Of a stretch of DNA of 6,020 nt, positions 1 to 5,070 are shown piece after piece. Within the stretch, counting starts at the first letter, position 1. Every line of letters starts with the position of its first letter. The stretch comes from Octopus sinensis (Eukaryota). Where the stretch lies: contig NW_021829736.1 in NCBI RefSeq assembly GCF_006345805.1, positions 1 to 6,020 of the forward strand, given 5' to 3'. Under the pieces are notes generated by a model. That model did no database searches, had not been told where the DNA came from, and was given only the letters and a program-made list of their open reading frames with translations. A program made the translations under genes and the position numbers.

Positions 1-190
1 CACTACCTCTGCCAGCACCGCCACCACCACCACCACCACCACCAACCACCACCTACCACCACCACCACCACCAACCCCGCCACACCACCACCACCACCAC
101 ACCACCACCACCACCACCACCACCACCACCACCACCTTCACTGCCTCCGCCGCCTCTGTCGCCTCCGCTGCCGCCTACGTCGTCGTCATA
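1..190. repeat. (CCA/CAC)n trinucleotide microsatellite grading into CCG/GTC low-complexity sequence
   Basis: Near-continuous CAC/CCA units from about 12 to 136, then degenerate CCG/GCC/GTC triplets to about 190. Confidence 0.95.
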
Positions 191-329
191 ATGCCTCTAC
201 ACAGTTATTCCACCTGCTAAACATAGCGGCTTAATCTCACCTACACCTCAGGCTAGTGGTGGATCCCCATAGTCCTTCGATGAAGCTTCAATTAATTGTT
301 CGGTCAAATGAATTCCCTGTCTCTGAATT

Positions 330-618
330 AACGTCTAAGTGGCTGAGTGCTCCATAGACAATTCTAGTCAAAGCGTAATTCTAAGACAAAACCGGCATGA
401 TGCAATACGTGACAAGTTGGTGTCTGTTTGAATTGCAGGTACGATCCATCTAAAGGGCTTCCGTACAGTTTCCATCCATCTACTACGGTTCACTGACAAA
501 ATATGGGTTAACCAGAAAATATAGAAAATGATAATTGTCCAAGATGCCACGCTGTGGGATCGAACCAGGAACCTCGCTGCTGCTAAGCGAAGTTCTCAGC
601 CAATTAACCAAAATGCAC
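330..618 (-). mobile_element. Old, degenerate tRNA-derived SINE
   Basis: The minus strand has a perfect Pol III B box GGTTCGATCCC (556-566) and an A-box-like TGGTTAATTGG (600-610). Region 455-575 aligns by eye with the 5' part of the SINE at 5071-5508 (tgtccaagatgccacgctgtgggatcgaaccaggaacc vs tgcccaagatgccacgcagtgggactgaacccagaacc). The extension to about 330 rests on recalled similarity to mollusc SINE bodies and is less certain. Confidence 0.65.
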
Positions 619-639
619 CGTTTACTCTTAGACTACAAT

Positions 640-720
640 TTACAAGGAAGATACATTTAATATGTAATGTTTTGACTAGGTCAGCTGGTTCAGGACTGAC
701 CTGGTGTTAAACAACAACAG
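640..720 (+). repeat. Degenerate 3' tail of an interspersed (SINE/LINE-like) repeat ending in (AAC)n
   Basis: ggtcagctgg...gactgacctggtgttaaacaacaaca resembles 1835-1902 (ggtcatagctgg...ggctgatacaaggcgttaaaccaacaa) and ends in an AAC tail. Family identity is from recall only. Confidence 0.4.
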
Positions 721-749
721 GATCCAGGGCAGCATCTAAGAAGGTTGTT

Positions 750-933
750 CGACATGCTAAACATAGCAGCCAAATGTTTCTTAAAGCACACTTTACCGTC
801 TTAAACAAGACAGGAAGTATTGGTCTAAGAGCTTGTCTGTCCGACATGCTAAACATAGCAGCCAAATGTTTCTTAAAGCACACTTTACCGTCTTAAACAA
901 GGCAGGAAGTATTGGTCTAAGAGCTTGTCTGTC
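750..933. repeat. 92-bp head-to-tail tandem duplication (2 copies)
   Basis: 750-841 equals 842-933 with a single mismatch (A810 vs G902). A related motif (cctgctaaacatagcggc) also occurs at about 208-225, suggesting the duplicated unit is itself part of an interspersed repeat. Confidence 0.97.
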
Positions 934-1051
934 CGTTGCTTCCGAAGATGGCCGAGACTTTGTCAGAGCTGAGGAAATGGCGACGCCGGTAACCGGATAT
1001 TCATGATTGCTCTCGCCTACTATTTCCTCGTCGTTTGTGAAGAAACTACAC

Positions 1052-1105
1052 AAGAGGCGCATGAGACACCAATCACCGAAGAGGCGCATGAGACAACAAC
1101 GACCG
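1052..1105. repeat. 27-bp imperfect tandem duplication
   Basis: aagaggcgcatgagacaccaatcaccg (1052-1078) is followed by aagaggcgcatgagacaacaacgaccg (1079-1105). Confidence 0.92.
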
Positions 1106-1308
1106 CAACGAAAAGCTGAAGGTTTGTTGGAAGTTTGAAGAAATTCGAGCCTTGATTCGCACCGAATTTGGATTAGAGTGAGGGTAGAAGGGTAGGATAA
1201 CACTGATTGACTAACATCAGTCCATTCTTTCGTCCTCAATCTCCAGGGCCTGACGGAGATGAAAGATGCAATATAAAGCAATGATCGGGGCAATCCCCAT
1301 GTCTCGCC

Positions 1309-1497
1309 GCTATATACACCTACACCCCGGGAAATCCCTACTTCAAGATAACACTTACCCGTTTCACAGCATACCCAACCAGGGGACATAAATACGAACC
1401 TAATCATCTAGTCCTTTTTCGTTTCACCACCTTTTTTCACAGCAGCCGCTGACCTGTTGTGTTAATCCACCTCCGACAATAGAGAACAGTTGCCATA
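1309..1497 (+). repeat. Dispersed direct repeat, copy 1 (partner at 4690-4856); probable Penelope-like terminal-repeat fragment lacking the ribozyme
   Basis: Manual alignment to 4690-4856 gives 167 aligned nt, 8 substitutions (~95%) and 22 extra nt in this copy (1359-1380). Homology ends at ...agttgccata. Confidence 0.95.
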
Positions 1498-1542
1498 GTG
1501 AAGTTGTTGGATATCGCATTTCTGTCCATTCAAACTCGGCCG

Positions 1543-1582
1543 TTTGACCATTTGACCGTTTGACTATTTGACTATTTGACGA
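1543..1582. repeat. 8-bp tandem array (TTTGACNN)x5
   Basis: TTTGACCA TTTGACCG TTTGACTA TTTGACTA TTTGACGA, followed directly by CCAAT (1583-1587). Confidence 0.92.
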
Positions 1583-1829
1583 CCAATGGGTGGGTCTTCT
1601 GCGCGGTGTTTGCTGGACAGTAAGGGGCCAGATGCGAACGTAGTGTCACTATCCCTTAAAGAATTTTATCGTGAGTTTAAGATTTCTTGGTTTCTGTCAG
1701 TTTGGATTAGTCCGGGTGGCTAAATTTGTAGGTGGAGCCACATGTCGGAGCTGGGCAAGCACTAGATAGAAATCAGTATCAGACGAGCTCGAGTTGTCCT
1801 CATGCGTCTATTTACGCAGGATATACTCA

Positions 1830-1905
1830 CTGATGGTCATAGCTGGAACGCCGTTGATCTGGATTGTTAGTCCAAGGCTGATACAAGGCGTTAAACCAAC
1901 AAAAA
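1830..1905 (+). repeat. Degenerate 3' tail of an interspersed repeat, similar to 640-720
   Basis: Shares the ggtca(ta)gctgg and g(a/g)ctga...gttaaac(c)aacaa motifs with 680-718. Confidence 0.35.
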
Positions 1906-1924
1906 ACCACGTAAACACTTTCAG

Positions 1925-2319
1925 CATCACCACCACCACTCCTACCATTCCAACCACCACCACCACCACCACCACCACCACCACCACCACCACCACCACC
2001 ACCACCACCACCACCACCACCACCACCACCATCACCACCACCACCACCATCATCACCACCATCACCACCACTACCACCACCACTACACGACAATCACCAC
2101 TAACACCACAACCATAGCCACCACCACCACCACCACCACTACGACGACCATCACGACAACCACGACGACGACGAAAACCACCACCAAAACCACCGCCACA
2201 AACATGACCACCACGACCACCATGACCACCACGACCACCACGACCACCACGACGATGACGACGACGACGACCACCACCACCACCACACTACCACTACCAC
2301 CACTACCTCCACTACTACT
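1925..2319. repeat. Compound (CAC)n/(CAT)/(GAC)/(TAC) trinucleotide microsatellite
   Basis: About 395 bp of CAC-dominated triplets with ACG/ACT/ATC variants. It explains the poly-T, poly-V and poly-G ORFs. Confidence 0.97.
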
Positions 2320-2524
2320 GAGACACGATTAATCTGCAGCATGGGTCTCTTCTTTCTCCGTCACCGGCTCAAGCGGGACGAGCCGGAAAGGCGCGTGAAA
2401 TAAAGCAGATAATTGAAAGGAAACAAGAGGAGGAAGATGATGGAGATGCAATGCTGATGAGGATGGAGGCAGAAGAAGATGAAGAGGTAGAAATAAAGAA
2501 GACAGAAACGTGTGTGTTATTCGA

Positions 2525-2525
2525 T

Positions 2526-2558
<33 letters not shown>

Positions 2559-2561
2559 CAC

Positions 2562-2610
<49 letters not shown>

Positions 2611-2667
2611 ATATATATATACACATACGTACATACATACATACATGCGTATATAATATATATATAT
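2525..2667. repeat. (CA)n followed by (TA)n/(CATA)n compound microsatellite
   Basis: Directly visible dinucleotide and tetranucleotide runs. Confidence 0.97.
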
Positions 2668-2963
2668 GTGGAGGCGCAATGGCCCAGTGGTTAGGGCAGC
2701 GGACTCGCGGTCGCAGGATCGCGGTTTCGATTCCTAGACAGGGCGTTGTAAGTGTTTATTGAGCGAAAACACCTAAAAGCTCCACGACGCTCCGGCAGGG
2801 GTGGTGGTGATCCCTGCTGTACTCTTTCACCACTCTTTCTTCTGTTGACCTGCTCGCTTAGCCAGCGGGGTGGCGTCATTCGAAGGGTAAAACAATGCGA
2901 ACGCATTGTGACCAGCGATGTGTAACAACATCTGATGGTCTGGTCGATCACGTGATCACGTGA
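2668..2963 (+). mobile_element. tRNA-derived SINE (family A), apparently full length
   Basis: Internal Pol III A box TGGCCCAGTGG (2680-2690) and B box GGTTTCGATTCC (2723-2734). There is no acceptor-stem complement or CCA, about 230 bp of unrelated body follows, and the element is flanked by AT microsatellites. It ends in the palindrome TCACGTGATCACGTGA. Confidence 0.85.
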
Positions 2964-2990
2964 GATATATATATATTATATATATATATA

Positions 2991-3385
2991 TTACTCTTTT
3001 ACAGGTTTCAGTCCTTTGACTGTGGCCATGCTGGAGCATTGCCTTTAGTCGAAGAAATCGACCCCAGGATTTATTCTATGTAAGCCTAGTACTTGTTCTA
3101 TGGGTCTCTTCTGCTGATCCGTTAAGATAAACACACCAACATCGGTTGTCAAGCGATGGTGGGGAGACTAACACACGCTCAAAGATACACACACGCACGC
3201 ACACACACACAGGCACATATACACACGACGGGCTTCTTTCAGTTTCCGTCTACCAAATCCTCTCAAGGCTTTGGTCGGCTCGAGGCTATAGTAGAAGACA
3301 CTTGCCCAAGGTGTCATGCAGTGGGACTGAACCCGGAACCATGTGGTTGGGAAGCAAGCTTCTTACCACACAGCACGCCTGCGCC
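2991..3385 (-). mobile_element. tRNA-derived SINE (family B), copy 1, with internal (CA)n microsatellite
   Basis: Colinear with 5071-5508 and reverse-complementary to 3606-3990. The minus strand has B box GGTTCAGTCCC (3323-3333). The 3' tail (ttactctttt) is at 2991-3000. Confidence 0.9.
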
Positions 3386-3392
3386 TTATATA

Positions 3393-3598
3393 TACAAAGG
3401 AGTACTAAAAAATTCCTGGCTTTAAGGGTACCGCGGAAGGCTTGATTGGAGGCCCAACCTTCTGAGTTCTTTTACAGGGTTTAGAAAAACTGAGGGACCA
3501 CTGCAATAAGCGTGTGAATTTGAGAGGGGTATATGTTGATTAAAATCATAATTAACTGATCCTCCTGTATTTTCTTTTACACCCAAAACCAAGAACTT
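3393..3598 (+). mobile_element. Mariner-derived MITE (internal-deletion derivative keeping the transposase C-terminus)
   Basis: Starts at a TA. Imperfect inverted termini: AAATTCCTGGCTTT (3410-3423) vs AAAACCAAGAACTT (3585-3598), 11/14 complementary. Internal 3446-3543 translates as LEAQPSEF, then a 1-nt frameshift, then LQGLEKLRDHCNKRVNLRGVYVD*, matching the mariner transposase C-terminal pattern (..KC(V/I)xLxG(D/E)YVE*). The outer part of the right TIR is missing. Confidence 0.8.
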
Positions 3599-3605
3599 AT
3601 ATATA

Positions 3606-3990
3606 GGTGCAGGAGTGGTTCTGTGGTAAGTAGCTTGCTTATCAACCACATGGTTCCGGGTTCAGTCCCACTGCTTGGCACCGTGGGCAAGTGTCGACTA
3701 AAGCCTTGTGAGTGGATTTGGTAGACGGAAACTGAAAGAAGCCCGTCATATGTATATAAATAAATAAATAAATATATGTATATTATGTTTGTGTGTCTGT
3801 GTTCCCCCCCCCCCTAACATCACTTGACTGCCAATGCTGGTGTGTCAAGGCCCCGTAACTTAGCAGTTCGATAAAAAAAGACCGATAGAAGAAGTACTAG
3901 GCTTACAAAGAATAAGTCGATTTGTTCGACTAAATGCGGTGCTACAGCGTGGCCACAGTCAAATGACTGAAACGAATAAAAGAATAAGAG
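3606..3990 (+). mobile_element. tRNA-derived SINE (family B), copy 2, with internal (TA)/(TAAA)/(TG) microsatellite and two short deletions
   Basis: A-box-like TGGTTCTGTGG (3616-3626) and B box GGTTCAGTCCC (3659-3669). It is the reverse complement of copies 1 and 3 and ends in gaataaaagaataagag. Confidence 0.9.
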
Positions 3991-4077
3991 AACACACACA
4001 CACACACAACACACACACACACACACACACACACAATATATATATATATATATGTATAGGTAGATAGATAGATAGAC
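3991..4077. repeat. (CA)n-(TA)n-(AGAT)n compound microsatellite
   Basis: Directly visible. Confidence 0.95.
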
Positions 4078-4192
4078 GTTTGGTGACGCAAATAGGAAAA
4101 TAGAACTCAAACATGAGTTTATATACATGCTTTTTTAAAAATAAATAATCGACAAAAGTTATAGAGTGACTCAAGGACCAAGAGTTTCTGTC

Positions 4193-4447
4193 GACCTTCC
4201 GTCAACGACCTTCCGTCAACGACCTTCCGTCAACGACCTTCCGTCAACGACCTTCCGTCAACGACCTTCCGTCAACGACCTTCCGTCAAGACCTTCCGTC
4301 AACGACCTTCCGTCAAGACCTTCCGTCAACGACTTTCCGTCAAGACCTTCCGTCAAGACCTTCCGTCAACGACCTTCCGTCAACGACCTTCCGTCAATGA
4401 CCTTCCGTCAAGACCTTCCGTCAACGACCTTCCGTCAATGTCCTTCC
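4193..4447. repeat. Minisatellite: 18 units of GACCTTCCGTCAA(C) plus a partial unit
   Basis: Counted 13 units of 14 bp and 5 units of 13 bp (final C missing; units 7, 9, 11, 12, 16), plus rare substitutions. 13x14 + 5x13 = 247 bp = 4193-4439, then a partial GTCCTTCC. Confidence 0.97.
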
Positions 4448-4689
4448 ACCCTCGTGTCCGGCAAAAAGAGTTTGACCTAGGCACATACCAATGCACCCAT
4501 GTACACACACGCAAACCCTTATGAAAGGAACACCACCCCCAACACATACCCCTGCATACAAATTGTACCCCACACATACACAGACGCCCCCATCTCACAT
4601 ATACATTACACATTACACACACATTCCACACCGCAATCTAACATACCCACTCCCACGACTTACAAAAATAAAGCGGACCAACGAACACG

Positions 4690-4856
4690 GCTATATACAC
4701 CTACACCCTGGGAAATCCCTACTTCAAGATAACTCTTACAGGGGACATAAATACGAACCTAATCCCCCAATCCTTTTTCGTTTCACCTCCTTTTTTCACA
4801 GCAGCCGCTGACCTGTTGTGTTAATCCACCCCCGACAATAGAGAACAGTTGCCATA
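4690..4856 (+). repeat. Dispersed direct repeat, copy 2 (partner at 1309-1497)
   Basis: ~95% identical to 1309-1497 apart from a 22-nt gap between 4739 and 4740. Confidence 0.95.
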
Positions 4857-4861
4857 TTCCC

Positions 4862-4973
4862 TTCCATATCGGCTAACTCTGATGAGCGCAAAGTTACCTA
4901 ACACTTCATTGTTACCTAACACTTCATTGTATTCTTTATGCGAAACCGATTGGTAAGACCAGCCATGATGGAA
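4862..4973 (+). ncRNA. Type I hammerhead ribozyme (predicted self-cleavage 3' of GUA, after 4955)
   Basis: Core CUGAUGA 4879-4885. Stem II GCGCAAAG 4886-4893 / CUUUAUGC 4934-4941 (G10.1-C11.1 closing pair, 7/8 paired). GAAA 4942-4945. Stem III ACC 4945-4947 / GGU 4952-4954 with a GAUU loop. H17 = A4955. Stem I: CU 4877-4878 / AG 4956-4957, internal loop AA/ACC, GGCU 4871-4874 / AGCC 4961-4964, AU/AU, and UUCCAU 4862-4867 / AUGGAA 4968-4973. All conserved core nucleotides are present in the correct order. Confidence 0.88.
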
Positions 4974-4998
4974 ATTATATCATTTCAGATGATATAAT
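4974..4998. other. Perfect 10-bp inverted repeat (hairpin) immediately 3' of the ribozyme
   Basis: ATTATATCAT (4974-4983), loop TTCAG, ATGATATAAT (4989-4998). Confidence 0.85.
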
Positions 4999-5070
4999 CA
5001 TTCTGCTGACAGATATAAGAGTGCATCTTTTCCCTGACTTATGGTCTCCAAGACGACTCACGTATACATA

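Larger units (their letters stand above)
4480..5058 (+). mobile_element. Putative 3'-terminal (pseudo-LTR) remnant of a Penelope-like retroelement, or a retrozyme-like non-autonomous element; boundaries approximate
   Basis: A C/A-rich tract (4480-4690), a repeated 167-bp block with TATA-like motifs (CTATATAC 4691-4698, CATAAATA 4746-4753), and then a type I hammerhead. Type I hammerheads in terminal repeats are an established feature of Penelope-like elements and retrozymes. No RT or GIY-YIG coding sequence is visible, so the class assignment is inferred. Confidence 0.5.

Noticed and set aside
968-1046. Second hammerhead at CTGAGGA (969-975)
   Set aside because: No stem II can form before the next GAAA, and there is no stem III/NUH arrangement.
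1205-1240. Minus-strand TGAGGACGAAA ... CTGATG resembling a permuted hammerhead
   Set aside because: The core reads CTGATGT rather than CTGANGA, and only 7 nt separate GAAA from it, too few for stems III and I.
793-1407. 204-aa minus-strand ORF as a gene
   Set aside because: It has no recognisable domain, runs through the 92-bp tandem duplication and the dispersed repeat, and has a composition typical of a chance antisense frame.
1730-1770. Helitron 3' end (hairpin + CTAG at 1762-1765)
   Set aside because: CTAG is followed by A rather than T, the hairpin is weak, and no matching 5' TC terminus was identified.
1794-2342. Poly-Thr/Val/Gly ORFs (mucin-like or glycine-rich proteins)
   Set aside because: These are translations of the (CAC)n microsatellite in multiple frames and on both strands.
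2454-2510. Hammerhead at CTGATGA (2454-2460)
   Set aside because: It lies in a purine-rich low-complexity tract. Downstream GAAA motifs are preceded by A, so there is no G10.1-C11.1 pair or stem II.
2671-2745. Functional tRNA gene (also the heads at 3606-3680, 3310-3385, 5435-5508 and 545-618)
   Set aside because: A and B boxes are present but the cloverleaf is incomplete (no acceptor stem) and each head is followed by a SINE body.
4193-4447. CRISPR array or iteron cluster
   Set aside because: The units are directly adjacent with no unique spacers, and the context is eukaryotic with no cas or rep genes.
4180-4473. 8-bp direct repeat AAGAGTTT (4180-4187, 4466-4473) as a hAT-type TSD around the minisatellite
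   Set aside because: No terminal inverted repeats lie inside the 8-mers, and a match this short is plausible by chance.
4166-4480. 104-aa repetitive ORF over the minisatellite
   Set aside because: Units of 14 and 13 bp are not multiples of 3 and shift frame irregularly, so the open frame is a by-product of a stop-poor repeat.
1309-4856. Intact LTR retrotransposon bounded by the two direct repeats
   Set aside because: There are no TG...CA termini, PBS, PPT, TSD or gag/pol remnants, and the interior is SINEs and microsatellites.
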